A DNA stretch of 64,000 bases from a virus. Positions 32,258 to 41,685 of this stretch are shown piece by piece. The stretch spans positions 20,948-84,947 of the IMG/VR virus record IMGVR_UViG_3300025770_000012. One strand, written 5' to 3'. Every line of letters begins with the position of its first letter. Position 1 is the first letter of the stretch. The notes under the pieces are model-generated. The model had not been told where the DNA came from, ran no database searches, and saw nothing but the letters and a program-made list of their open reading frames with translations. Made by a program: the position numbers and the translations under genes.

Positions 32258-33141
32258 TATCCTCTATATAAATCTTCTCGTGTGTTTAATTCTTCAAATG
32301 ATTGACTATGTCTGTTAAGGTGAGGTATTAATCTAACCCACTGATTCATGAATGATTCATACCTATCAATATCAGGGAAGTTAGCTGCATTTCTAGCTTG
32401 AGTACAGTAGTACTTCCATTGAGTTTCTGCTAGTTCGTATCCAATTCCGTTTGCTTTGAACGTAGGATTCATAAGTAATAGTTTTTTATATATGTACCAG
32501 AACATAGCCTCCTTAAAGCTAATGTCATCTGGAACTAATGGGAAGCAGTCTTCATCAGTAGGTATGGCCTTATAGCTAAGGCATATCTTCCCTGAAGGAA
32601 ATGAGGTTTTAATATAATCATTATCGATTATATAGGTATCATCGTAGGATACTGTCTCATTAACACAGCCTGTACAATGCATGCTTGCATGGAATGTGCT
32701 AGCACCATATTGCAATGGCTGAAGAGAAGCGCTATCTTTAAAAAAGACATTTTCTAAAACTACAATTCTAGAATTGATTTCATTAAGTACATTGACTGTG
32801 TCTGCGTAATCCTCACCTGCCTCAGTGGCATCTAAGATAGCCTTCTTCAAAGAATCCACTTTTAATATTAGAGTATCTAACTCAGTTGACGCTGTAGGTG
32901 ATACTACGGTATTAATTGCTACTTGATTGATATAGTAGAGATCATTAGGCAAAAGTACTTTATGGTCCACCACAGTGAGGAGACATTGACGTTGAACGAG
33001 TTGAGGTGAGGCCCCGATATGCTCGAGTGCTTCACCTATCCATTCTATCGCATCATCTATCCAATTATCAGTATCAGGGCGCAGATCTCGAAAGATCTTC
33101 CTAATAATAACTTGGCTTGATATAGTTTTATAAATTGCCAT
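32257..33141 (-). CDS. tail tubular / ring protein (P22 gp4-like, crAss-type)
   Basis: IEWIGEALEHIG...YIKTSFPSGKICLSYKAIPTDEDCFPLVPD...EAMFWYI...WKYYCTQAR; synteny with the stabilisation gene. Confidence 0.8.
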   Translation of the reverse strand: MAIYKTISSQVIIRKIFRDLRPDTDNWIDDAIEWIGEALEHIGASPQLVQRQCLLTVVDHKVLLPNDLYYINQVAINTVVSPTASTELDTLILKVDSLKKAILDATEAGEDYADTVNVLNEINSRIVVLENVFFKDSASLQPLQYGASTFHASMHCTGCVNETVSYDDTYIIDNDYIKTSFPSGKICLSYKAIPTDEDCFPLVPDDISFKEAMFWYIYKKLLLMNPTFKANGIGYELAETQWKYYCTQARNAANFPDIDRYESFMNQWVRLIPHLNRHSQSFEELNTREDLYRG

Positions 33142-33148
33142 TTTCTAT

Positions 33149-33871
33149 TTAATCTAGTGATTCAATTTCAGGATCTAAGAATCCAGCTTCCTGTTTGCAA
33201 TATTTACCTTTGTTTCTTTTTTGTTTCCTACGTCGTTGTCTTGTGTCTCTGTTTCTTTGTCTTGTGTTTTTGTTCCTCTTTCTTTGCTCATTCCACGTAT
33301 CCCACTTACTTCCACCTAATTGCTTTTCATCTGCCCCAGAAACCTGGTGAACATTAATTTCTCTAGCCCTATCATAAGGGTCAGTGCCAGAATCAGTATC
33401 ACGGTATTCTCTATTAGTTTGAAGCCTGCCTTGTGTATTGTTCCAATCTATCATATTTGCAATCCCTGATCTATTTGCAATAGTTGTGCTGTCTCTAGCT
33501 ATAGCAGTATCAATTTTAGATCGACTATGATCACCTCTTCGACCCTTTGTATTAGGCATAGTAGGATCATATATTAGAGGTTTATCTACTTGTTTTCCAT
33601 CCCATATATGGGCAAACCCCGCTTCTTGACGCCTGAGGAAGTTTGGTGTCTCCGCTGCATTGTTAGGGTTGGTGCCTGGAGAAGAGACGGTCTTAACGTC
33701 ATAATTCATAGGCGGCTCTACTGGAGGGTTCTCACTAACTGGCGGCGGCACAGGCGGTGCAACACCAGGCCCTCCTAGTCTATTCCACATTCTAGGAGGA
33801 GCTCCTCTAACCATGTTTTTAACAAACTGTTTTGCTCCAACTCCCGCTCGTTGAGATTTCTTACTTGCCAT
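33149..33871 (-). CDS. hypothetical basic, low-complexity protein with QxAG tags
   Basis: 240 aa; Pro-rich and Arg/Lys-rich tracts; SQRAG, RQEAG and KQEAGFLDPEIESLD. Confidence 0.7.
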   Translation of the reverse strand: MASKKSQRAGVGAKQFVKNMVRGAPPRMWNRLGGPGVAPPVPPPVSENPPVEPPMNYDVKTVSSPGTNPNNAAETPNFLRRQEAGFAHIWDGKQVDKPLIYDPTMPNTKGRRGDHSRSKIDTAIARDSTTIANRSGIANMIDWNNTQGRLQTNREYRDTDSGTDPYDRAREINVHQVSGADEKQLGGSKWDTWNEQRKRNKNTRQRNRDTRQRRRKQKRNKGKYCKQEAGFLDPEIESLD

Positions 33872-33877
33872 CTTTTC

Positions 33878-34351
33878 TTAGTGCTTCTTAAAGTTTAAAT
33901 AAGCCAAATCATTATTTTTTAAAAGGTAGATTAGCTTCTCTTTGTTGCCTTTTGACCCCCTAGTGGCGTCGAATCTATAAACTGACTTATTCGGAATTTT
34001 ACATTTTCCTTTATTCCAGTAGTATTTACAATAGAACTCATCGGTAAAATAAATATGCCACTTAGTGCCCAGCTTAGTATCAGAGTTATAAAGAGGATCT
34101 CCATTTTTAATGAGCTCTTCTTTATACTTATTACTCTCTCCCCAATCAATTCTAGGGGATCTAGGATCTCTTTCCCTCCTAATAATAGAAAGGCTTGAGA
34201 GATTATTCCCCATATTAAAAGGTTTACCTTCAAGAATATATTCAAATATTTCTACGTTAAAAGTGTGGCATATATCAAAAAACACCGTCCTATCTATATC
34301 CCCGCCCTCTTCAACATACTGTTTATATATGTCACTGAGGTTGTAGATCAT
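33878..34351 (-). CDS. IHF/HU-like DNA-binding protein (crAss-type)
   Basis: ICHTFNVEIFEYILEGKPFNMGNNLSSLSI...IDWGES...YRFDATR; expected position near the tail tubular gene. Confidence 0.7.
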   Translation of the reverse strand: MIYNLSDIYKQYVEEGGDIDRTVFFDICHTFNVEIFEYILEGKPFNMGNNLSSLSIIRRERDPRSPRIDWGESNKYKEELIKNGDPLYNSDTKLGTKWHIYFTDEFYCKYYWNKGKCKIPNKSVYRFDATRGSKGNKEKLIYLLKNNDLAYLNFKKH

Positions 34352-34998
34352 TCAAATAAAATATCCATTGGGGGCTCTAAAAATCCACCTTCCATTTTTC
34401 TCTTAGACTTCTTACCTCCATGTCCGAATCTGTTTTTTACATCAGATTCTATATCAGCCATTATAGCGTTTTCTTTTGCTTTTTTAGATGCGTTAGCTAC
34501 TGCACCAGAATTGGAGTTCGAGGTACGATTAACTTTCCGTGCAGCTCTATTTGTCTTCCTACGAAGAACTCTCTTTGCCTTACCAGTAAGAGCAGCAGTA
34601 GGAGCAGCAGTAGGTTTAGCTACTGCTAATGTCTTTGCAGGAGCAGCACTAGAAATAGTTGTAGGCTTCTTTGCTGCTACCAGTTCTGGAGGTTTATTAT
34701 GACTTTTGTGTAGTTCGTATTGGCGTTTCTCAGCCTGCTTCTTAGCATACGCTTCCTCCGCTGCTCGCCCTTTAGTTGCATCCTCTGATGGTGTGGTATC
34801 TCTTTGTGGTCCTTTTTGGTACGCAGCGTTAATTGAATTTTGAGCTTCCTTCCATTGAGTACTGTTTTTATCGGAGTTATTACGTATTTTAATATACGAA
34901 TCTAATTTAGGATCTCTCTTTTTAGCTTCCGCATAAGGATCTTTTGGTTTAGACGCTCCTTTTGGAGGCCTAGCGGAGTTATCATTTATCTTTCCCAT
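34348..34998 (-). CDS. hypothetical basic protein with C-terminal GG tags
   Basis: 216 aa, Lys/Ala-rich; ends RFGHGGKKSKRKMEGGFLEPPMDILFE. Confidence 0.7.
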   Translation of the reverse strand: MGKINDNSARPPKGASKPKDPYAEAKKRDPKLDSYIKIRNNSDKNSTQWKEAQNSINAAYQKGPQRDTTPSEDATKGRAAEEAYAKKQAEKRQYELHKSHNKPPELVAAKKPTTISSAAPAKTLAVAKPTAAPTAALTGKAKRVLRRKTNRAARKVNRTSNSNSGAVANASKKAKENAIMADIESDVKNRFGHGGKKSKRKMEGGFLEPPMDILFE

Positions 34999-35010
34999 AT
35001 CTAATTTATT

Positions 35011-35730
35011 TTATTGTTGTTCTTGTTGTTGGGGTTGAGTCCCAGGAATTCCCCTACTCGATTTAGGATCTTGAGACCTATCATTCATAGTATCAGAAAA
35101 CGTTCTAGAAATCAAAGACAGTTCCCCATTTAGAAGTCCTTGATTTATTAATTGCAGCATGTCCATAGGAATAGGAAAATCGGTCGCACTGTCATCATAA
35201 CAAGCACCACCGGAACAATCCCCAAAAACAGCTATATCCCTAGGATCTTCAAAAACCCCACGGATATTTATATACTCTAGACCTTCTGCATTGTAAATAT
35301 ACAAATATTTATCTATCATATAAGCTTTTCTCTTATTTTTTGTGTATTTATCGTAAGGAAGCCACTTAATAGCATTCGAATTAACTAATGGAATAGTACT
35401 GAATCCAGTTACGTCTCCAACATAGGTAATAGCTTCCTCAAAGTTATACCTAATAGTTTTAGGTACTGCTTTAACTGTTCTGTAAACTGCGCAACTAATT
35501 GGCAGATCACAGCACTTAGATGCATCAACAGCCTCAAGCTGGATACACCCTAAATCTTGTTCCACATGTCTTGTGGTTAATCCGTTACGGGCATAGTCTC
35601 TTCTTATAAACATAGCTCTATAATGCAGGATATTAAACTTTATCTGCTCTAGAGAAATATGCTCATCATGATTAGACCTTCCTCCTCGGAGTAAGTTTAA
35701 GAGATTGTATGCAACTTCATCAAATGTCAT
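35011..35730 (-). CDS. putative virion ring/tail structural protein
   Basis: 239 aa; QIKFNILHYRAMFI...QDLGCIQLEAVD...YINIRGVFEDP...FPIPMDM resembles conserved crAss-like neck/tail ring proteins. Confidence 0.65.
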   Translation of the reverse strand: MTFDEVAYNLLNLLRGGRSNHDEHISLEQIKFNILHYRAMFIRRDYARNGLTTRHVEQDLGCIQLEAVDASKCCDLPISCAVYRTVKAVPKTIRYNFEEAITYVGDVTGFSTIPLVNSNAIKWLPYDKYTKNKRKAYMIDKYLYIYNAEGLEYINIRGVFEDPRDIAVFGDCSGGACYDDSATDFPIPMDMLQLINQGLLNGELSLISRTFSDTMNDRSQDPKSSRGIPGTQPQQQEQQ

Positions 35731-35736
35731 TATCTT

Positions 35737-36192
35737 CTATTTTCTATCTTGTGAGCTAGTTCCGTAGTAGTATGCAAAAATGTTACCAATAACAACACCT
35801 TCAACCATACCTAAAAGGTGTATAAAAAGATCATTGTCAGTAATACCATCTACATATACTACTGCATATATTAAAAATACGAAAGAGCCTAATCCTATAA
35901 TACCTGTTAGAGCCATCATCCAATCTTGCCCTCCTGCTTTTTTAATTTCTACTTCTCTAGATCTAGCAGAAGACCTATCAGCTACTTCTAGCTCATACAT
36001 TGCCTTCGCTTGATTTAGAGCTATCTCCTTATCTGCTGGAGATATAGATTCATCTTTTTCAATAAGGTTTTTAACTACCCCCAAGACACCTGCGTCAGGA
36101 AGTAAATCCCCTGCAATGTCTAAGATACTTGGAGCAGTCTTTTCCAAGAACTGTCCTAGTTTAGTATCTTTAAATTTCTTTTTATCTTCCAT
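35737..36192 (-). CDS. putative holin (GTA holin-3TM-like)
   Basis: ADRSSARSRE, two hydrophobic helices and terminal FAYYYGTS. Confidence 0.65.
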   Translation of the reverse strand: MEDKKKFKDTKLGQFLEKTAPSILDIAGDLLPDAGVLGVVKNLIEKDESISPADKEIALNQAKAMYELEVADRSSARSREVEIKKAGGQDWMMALTGIIGLGSFVFLIYAVVYVDGITDNDLFIHLLGMVEGVVIGNIFAYYYGTSSQDRK

Positions 36193-36198
36193 ATTTTC

Positions 36199-36561
36199 TT
36201 AAAATGAGTCCATTAAAATATCATCGATCGCGTCTTGCACTTCTTCTTCAGTTGTCTCAAGCTCCATCATAATGTTAGCTTGGAACCGCTGAACTTCTTT
36301 TCCGTCCCAAAAAAGTATAATAGTTGGGACAACAACTATCTTGTGTTCTTTTTGTAACTCAGGGTTAGCAGCTATGTCTACTCTCTTGCCTTCGCAATCA
36401 CTAAGATTATCTATCCAACTAACGCTATTAGAAGCGTTAAAACTAGCATTAAACTCTACCACACAAATGCCCGAGTCTGGTATTTCTTCAACTGCGGGGG
36501 CGGTTACATATACTGCTGTTGACAGTAAGCTAAGGAGGCATATGGTAAGAAAGGCTTTCAT
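36199..36561 (-). CDS. exported thioredoxin-fold protein lacking CxxC
   Basis: Hydrophobic N-terminal signal; VVEFNASFN replaces VVDFxAxWC; VDIAANPEL...IVVVPTIILFWDGKEVQRF. Confidence 0.75.
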   Translation of the reverse strand: MKAFLTICLLSLLSTAVYVTAPAVEEIPDSGICVVEFNASFNASNSVSWIDNLSDCEGKRVDIAANPELQKEHKIVVVPTIILFWDGKEVQRFQANIMMELETTEEEVQDAIDDILMDSF

Positions 36562-36567
36562 AAGTTT

Positions 36568-36852
36568 TTATTTTAAGGCATCTATTTTTTGTTCTATAGA
36601 TTTAAGATCATCTTTAATTTCTTTTACATCGTCTTGAGTAGTCATAATAGTTTGACGCACCAGCTTATCTTTCATGTCAAACTCCATACGTGTTATTTCT
36701 GGGTCAAGAGGAAGTGGTAATTCCATAGCTCGCGCTATATCAGCCTGCAGAATAAACCACATTGAAATTATGGTTGCCATTCCTACCCCTACCGCTATCA
36801 AGGTTTTTATATTTACTGTAAACCCTGTATTTTCATCTAATTTCATACTCAT
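36568..36852 (-). CDS. small single-pass membrane protein with C-terminal coiled coil
   Basis: TLIAVGVGMATIISMWFIL TM segment; heptad-like DVKEIKDDLKSIEQKIDAL. Confidence 0.7.
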   Translation of the reverse strand: MSMKLDENTGFTVNIKTLIAVGVGMATIISMWFILQADIARAMELPLPLDPEITRMEFDMKDKLVRQTIMTTQDDVKEIKDDLKSIEQKIDALK

Positions 36853-37943
36853 TATTTTATTACGTAATTAACACCCATTGTTACACTCCCAAAGGATCTC
36901 CCCCAGTACTCACTAAATTTACCTTCAGCAAAGACTCCTAGGTGTTTACCTATGTTAGCCCCGAAGACAACTCCTGCATTATAATCTATCCATGAATCTC
37001 CTACTACTCTTGCATAAGAATACTCATACTCCCCAAACTCTTTGTGTAAGGGCATTACGTTTGCCCAAGTATGGATCCAAAAGTCTTTAGAGTAATGGTA
37101 GAAGTCAAGCCCAATCGCAGCTGATAGCTGATATTGATTTGGGAGTAGGCTTCTTACGTCTCTATTATACTCATTTACGATTCTTCCATATTGGTAGCGT
37201 CTGAACTCAGAGTCTGTTTCAGCAACTAAATTACCTTCAGGTCCATACCACTCCCAATCACTCCATTCCCCCGAAGTAAATTCCCCATCACTATTAGAAT
37301 CTATGTATACCCAGTTATCTGTGTAGTCATAGTCATATGCTAATAACCACCAAGCACCAAGGTTTTCTTCTATCCAATCCTCAATAGGGGCTACAGTATA
37401 AGCTGGGTGTCTACGACCTGCTACCCCTGCAGTAAAGTTTAATTTCTTACCTACTTTAACACGTAGTTTAAGAGCAGCTTCTAAATACTTTACATCAGCT
37501 CTACCATTCTCTAAGAAATCAAGTTCTGCTACAAACCATTTAGAGAGGTGTCTAAGGAAATATCTCTGGTCCATTGCTCCTCTACCAGTAAGTCTTACCT
37601 CAGAGCGTTCAAACACGTACTCAAAACCGCTTACAGCACCTACATTTGCTTCTTCTGACATGGATACTTCTGATCCGTCATAGAAATTGGTTGCTTTAAT
37701 CTCGTACTTAAAACGTGCTAACTTCCTTAACCCAACAGAAAAGGTGTAGTTAGGCTCATACTCCATAGGGATTACAGTAAGTAACCCATCTCTGACAGCA
37801 TACACATCCTCTTGAACCATAGAGTTAGACTGATTGAAAGAAGCATAAAATGTACTATACTTAAAAAAATCCTTAACAACCTCTTGCCCTACACATGATA
37901 GTGTAAAGAAAGAACACAGTAGAATAAGTAATAATTTTTTCAT
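36852..37943 (-). CDS. putative outer-membrane beta-barrel protein
   Basis: Signal peptide MKKLLLILLCSFFTLSCVG-Q; amphipathic aromatic-rich strands; terminal strand SVTMGVNYVIK; DSNSDGE loop. Confidence 0.6.
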   Translation of the reverse strand: MKKLLLILLCSFFTLSCVGQEVVKDFFKYSTFYASFNQSNSMVQEDVYAVRDGLLTVIPMEYEPNYTFSVGLRKLARFKYEIKATNFYDGSEVSMSEEANVGAVSGFEYVFERSEVRLTGRGAMDQRYFLRHLSKWFVAELDFLENGRADVKYLEAALKLRVKVGKKLNFTAGVAGRRHPAYTVAPIEDWIEENLGAWWLLAYDYDYTDNWVYIDSNSDGEFTSGEWSDWEWYGPEGNLVAETDSEFRRYQYGRIVNEYNRDVRSLLPNQYQLSAAIGLDFYHYSKDFWIHTWANVMPLHKEFGEYEYSYARVVGDSWIDYNAGVVFGANIGKHLGVFAEGKFSEYWGRSFGSVTMGVNYVIK

Positions 37944-37951
37944 AGTAATGA

Positions 37952-38332
37952 TTAAATTTTATAGTATCCGTAATCTAAACCCATAAATCCGTGTACACCA
38001 TCTCCTGTCACATCAACCGCAGCATCTCCCCAACCTTCAGGGTGTGTAACGGCTTCTTGACCAGTAACTTCTCCATCTACAACGATGTCTGCACCTACAA
38101 GTCCTTTCCATAGAACGTCTACGTGGTATCCGCTAGATAGTACTGGAGCAGTAGTTTCTTCTCCTTCTTCGTCGTATACACCTGGAGTAGTTACTATATT
38201 GCCTAATCTAGCAATAGTGTGCCCGTGTGTAGGGTAGCTGTTACCTTCTTCATCTGTGCCTACACCTAAAGCTGTTATAGCGGTGTCTGCTTGAGCTTTG
38301 CTTGCAAACTCATATTTACCTATTTTTTTCAT
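37952..38332 (-). CDS. small acidic protein, possible fibre chaperone or tip protein
   Basis: 126 aa directly after the fibre genes; function inferred from position only. Confidence 0.55.
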   Translation of the reverse strand: MKKIGKYEFASKAQADTAITALGVGTDEEGNSYPTHGHTIARLGNIVTTPGVYDEEGEETTAPVLSSGYHVDVLWKGLVGADIVVDGEVTGQEAVTHPEGWGDAAVDVTGDGVHGFMGLDYGYYKI

Positions 38333-38333
38333 G

Positions 38334-39581
38334 TTATAATGTTGTTAGCGCAGTTAGCTCTGCGTCTGTTAATGCTGTTTTAAATACTTGTAGTTGTTTT
38401 ACTTTTGCGAATAAATATTGAGCACTAGTACTAGAAAACTCTAAAGTATTTAAACTTACAGGTACTGCACCACTTGAATCTGTTGATACTTCAGTTCCAT
38501 CTATCCATAATGCAAAATCATTTAATTTATACTTAAATGCAATTTTAGAAAATGAAGTTTCATCAGTAAGTGTATATTGACAAAGTCCCGATAATCCTGT
38601 AGAAATATAACATAAAGCCTGAAGTATATTTGAAGCATTACTATACCTTATAATTATTCTATTGTCGCTTGTCCCATCACTTATTGTTATACTTCTGTAT
38701 GTTGAATCATTACTTAAAGCAGCCATCTCAACAAACAAAACCCCCTCAGTACTATTAATAGAATTACTAATACCTGTCTGTGAACAAGTCTCCACAACCC
38801 TCGTAACTGCAGTACCACTTGTAGGTATGTATGATGTAGCGTCAGAACCTGCTTCTAATTGTAATCCCCAAACTAAAACTCCATCAGTACCATTAGCAGT
38901 AACAGCAGGGTCTCCCTTTGCATCACACACACCTATACCACTTCCACTACCTAAGACAAAAGCATTTCCTGATGTATAACTTATTTTATACCAATCATTA
39001 CCATAAGATACGATTGTGGCTGTTGGAGTTCCTGCACTTCCCGGTACTACTTGTGTAGTCCCATCACTTAAATCGTAATAAATAAAACCAATTTGACTAC
39101 TAGAGTTAATATAAACCCATACTACATTTTTACCACTTGCTTTAACAAATGCACTAATAGTATATATAGAAGTAGAATTTGTCGTAGAATTGTGTATGTA
39201 TCTGTAATCACCACTACTACTTGGATATAAAAGAGAAGCGTTGTTTGTTCCGTCAGGAGATTGAGAACTATTATCAACAACTGTTACATTACTTCTCGAC
39301 CATTCACTTTCATTAAAACTTTCGCTATATTCAAATAAGTTAGTCCTCTGTGGCTCTAATAATATATGTGGGCCCGCTCCCCCTGTGTAGTCTATACGAG
39401 GTACGTTATAAATCTCAGCATAATTTACTAAACCATCTTCATCTACAACCGTAGCACTTGATGCCCGTGTAAAATCAAATGGCAAAGGTTTATTCTTACC
39501 GCCCGCGTCGCTGTAAGCAAGCAAAGAATCCGCCTTCACTGCCCAATGTCCGTCTGTACCTAATTTTAAACTTGCTGACAT
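38334..39581 (-). CDS. tail fibre / spike paralogue 3 with C-terminal LamG-like domain
   Basis: FTRASSAT, PRIDY, HILLEPQRTNL, WGLQLEAG...TSYIPT, ALTDAELTAL shared with the two upstream genes. Confidence 0.75.
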   Translation of the reverse strand: MSASLKLGTDGHWAVKADSLLAYSDAGGKNKPLPFDFTRASSATVVDEDGLVNYAEIYNVPRIDYTGGAGPHILLEPQRTNLFEYSESFNESEWSRSNVTVVDNSSQSPDGTNNASLLYPSSSGDYRYIHNSTTNSTSIYTISAFVKASGKNVVWVYINSSSQIGFIYYDLSDGTTQVVPGSAGTPTATIVSYGNDWYKISYTSGNAFVLGSGSGIGVCDAKGDPAVTANGTDGVLVWGLQLEAGSDATSYIPTSGTAVTRVVETCSQTGISNSINSTEGVLFVEMAALSNDSTYRSITISDGTSDNRIIIRYSNASNILQALCYISTGLSGLCQYTLTDETSFSKIAFKYKLNDFALWIDGTEVSTDSSGAVPVSLNTLEFSSTSAQYLFAKVKQLQVFKTALTDAELTALTTL

Positions 39582-39582
39582 G

Positions 39583-41685
39583 TTATTTAACTGTGTAATT
39601 ATAGGCTACTGCCATTCCTTCGAAAGAGCTCCACTCAGGTAAATCTCCATTGGTTGTTAGATACTCAAGCTCGTCGTCTACTAATGCTCTGTTGAATACT
39701 TGCAATGATTTTATTTTGCCATAGAACCTAGTAGAAGATCCGTTTCCTAAATCAAAGTTTAATGTGTTAAGCTCGTCAACGGCAAATGCCGCAACACTTG
39801 TGTCTGTAGAACCCGCTTGTGAACCGTTAACAAAAAGCTTAAAGTCGTTAAGTTTATAATGAATAGCAGTCTTATAGAAAATACTCACATCAAGATTCTC
39901 CTGCGCGATTGCAAGCTGACTAGTGGTATTCACCACTTGGCCTTTTATAAGGCCTGACGCAGTGCTATGGTATAAACCTACGCGGTTATCGTTAGTTCCA
40001 TCTGAGATAGTTATATACTCATTAGAACTAAATGCATCAGTCAAACCTGCGAGTTCCGAATATAATACACCCTCCACGCTGTTAAAATCTTTAGCTGCAC
40101 CTGCTCCAGTACAAGCCTCTCCACCTCGCGTTACCGCAACCCCGGTTGTTGGGATATATGATGTTGGGTAAGAACCTTCTTCTAATTGTGCGCCCCAAAC
40201 GTAAACTCCTTCTCCATTTGAAATATTAGTTCCATTAGAAATTGTAGTTCCATTATAACTTAAATATATTCCACTATACTTACTTGTAGTGTCTGCATCA
40301 AATGTTGATGTACATCTATACCACCCATTACCAAAATCTTCAATACTACTTGAAATAGTTCCTGTATTAGATAAATTAGTGCCATTATTTAAATCAAAAT
40401 AACTTATAGTAAAAGGGTTTAATCCTACTAAAGCAATATAATCTATTTCTCCTTTTTTTGCAAAACAAGATAATGTATATACACTTCCTGAAGAAACTGT
40501 CGGTGATACGCTAATATATTGCTGATTTGCAGCATTTAAAGCATTTAATTTATCTGCTGTTATTTCTCCACTTGGAGATGTTAATTGATTTGCCACTACA
40601 ACTGATTCCCCCACACCCCATTGAGTAAAATCCTCACTATATTCAACCAAATTAGTCCTCTGTGGTTCTAAAAGTAAATGCCCCTGAGGATTGTTTAAGA
40701 AGTCTATACGAGGTATATCACCAACTGCGTCTGCAATTTTCTTTAAAGAAATATTGTGAATCTCTACTGTGTAGTTTGAAGTCGACGTCTCTCGTGCAAC
40801 TAGGAGATGTATACTACTGCTATTGGACGTGAAATAATGTACCACTGTTTGTAATTCACCGTTCATTGTTAATTTCGAAACTAGAGAGACCAAACCCCCG
40901 GTATTGGCGGAGTTATCTTGAAATCGAACTTGCTTTCCAGAAGTCCCCTTTACAGTAAACTCAGCTCTATATAATTTGCTGTCTACATACATAGAATTCA
41001 TATTTGACTCGCTTTGTAGCACGTAGGCATAACCACTACCTCCGTTATTAGCGATAACGTTCATTCTAAATTTACCCTCGCTAGTCAGATCTATAGAGGA
41101 GAGTACACTACCTGTGGTTGTCCATCTGTTATTCGGATCAACTTCTTTTATTGAGATACTGTTTAGAACTACATTTGTCCCACTGAGATATAGCCCAGCA
41201 AATGAAGGATAATTCGCCGTTTTAATGTATATAACGTTAACTCCAGTGCTTGAAATGGAAGATGACGGGCCGTCTTTGAGCGTCACCGTCAATGTCGAGC
41301 CATTTAAGTTATAAACGTCTACTGTTACTTTATACCACGTTGACACAGCTGCAGTAACTGTATGTGTAACCGACCCGTTAATTATTAACCTATTTTCACT
41401 AAAAGACACACCGCCCCACCACCCAGCTTCATCAGCAAAATCAACAGCATTTGAAGGAATTCTCTCTATACCCAACTCACTAAAGTCTCCATTCTGAATT
41501 AACTCAGGTGAGGGGTCTGACATCTGCTTAATTAAACCATCTCTCCCTACATACGTAGCGTCAGTACCTCTAGCAACGGTAAACTCCGTATTAAGGTATT
41601 TACCCCCAACTTGCTTATAAGCTAAAAGATTGTTCTCTTTAGTAGCCCAGTTTCCGTTACCTAATTTTACTGTTGCGTCGCTCAT
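39583..41685 (-). CDS. tail fibre / spike paralogue 2 with carbohydrate-binding-like inserts
   Basis: Same scaffold motifs (HLLLEPQRTNL, WGAQLEEGSYPTSYIPT, ALVDDEL) plus an ELIQNGDF module. Confidence 0.75.
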   Translation of the reverse strand: MSDATVKLGNGNWATKENNLLAYKQVGGKYLNTEFTVARGTDATYVGRDGLIKQMSDPSPELIQNGDFSELGIERIPSNAVDFADEAGWWGGVSFSENRLIINGSVTHTVTAAVSTWYKVTVDVYNLNGSTLTVTLKDGPSSSISSTGVNVIYIKTANYPSFAGLYLSGTNVVLNSISIKEVDPNNRWTTTGSVLSSIDLTSEGKFRMNVIANNGGSGYAYVLQSESNMNSMYVDSKLYRAEFTVKGTSGKQVRFQDNSANTGGLVSLVSKLTMNGELQTVVHYFTSNSSSIHLLVARETSTSNYTVEIHNISLKKIADAVGDIPRIDFLNNPQGHLLLEPQRTNLVEYSEDFTQWGVGESVVVANQLTSPSGEITADKLNALNAANQQYISVSPTVSSGSVYTLSCFAKKGEIDYIALVGLNPFTISYFDLNNGTNLSNTGTISSSIEDFGNGWYRCTSTFDADTTSKYSGIYLSYNGTTISNGTNISNGEGVYVWGAQLEEGSYPTSYIPTTGVAVTRGGEACTGAGAAKDFNSVEGVLYSELAGLTDAFSSNEYITISDGTNDNRVGLYHSTASGLIKGQVVNTTSQLAIAQENLDVSIFYKTAIHYKLNDFKLFVNGSQAGSTDTSVAAFAVDELNTLNFDLGNGSSTRFYGKIKSLQVFNRALVDDELEYLTTNGDLPEWSSFEGMAVAYNYTVK

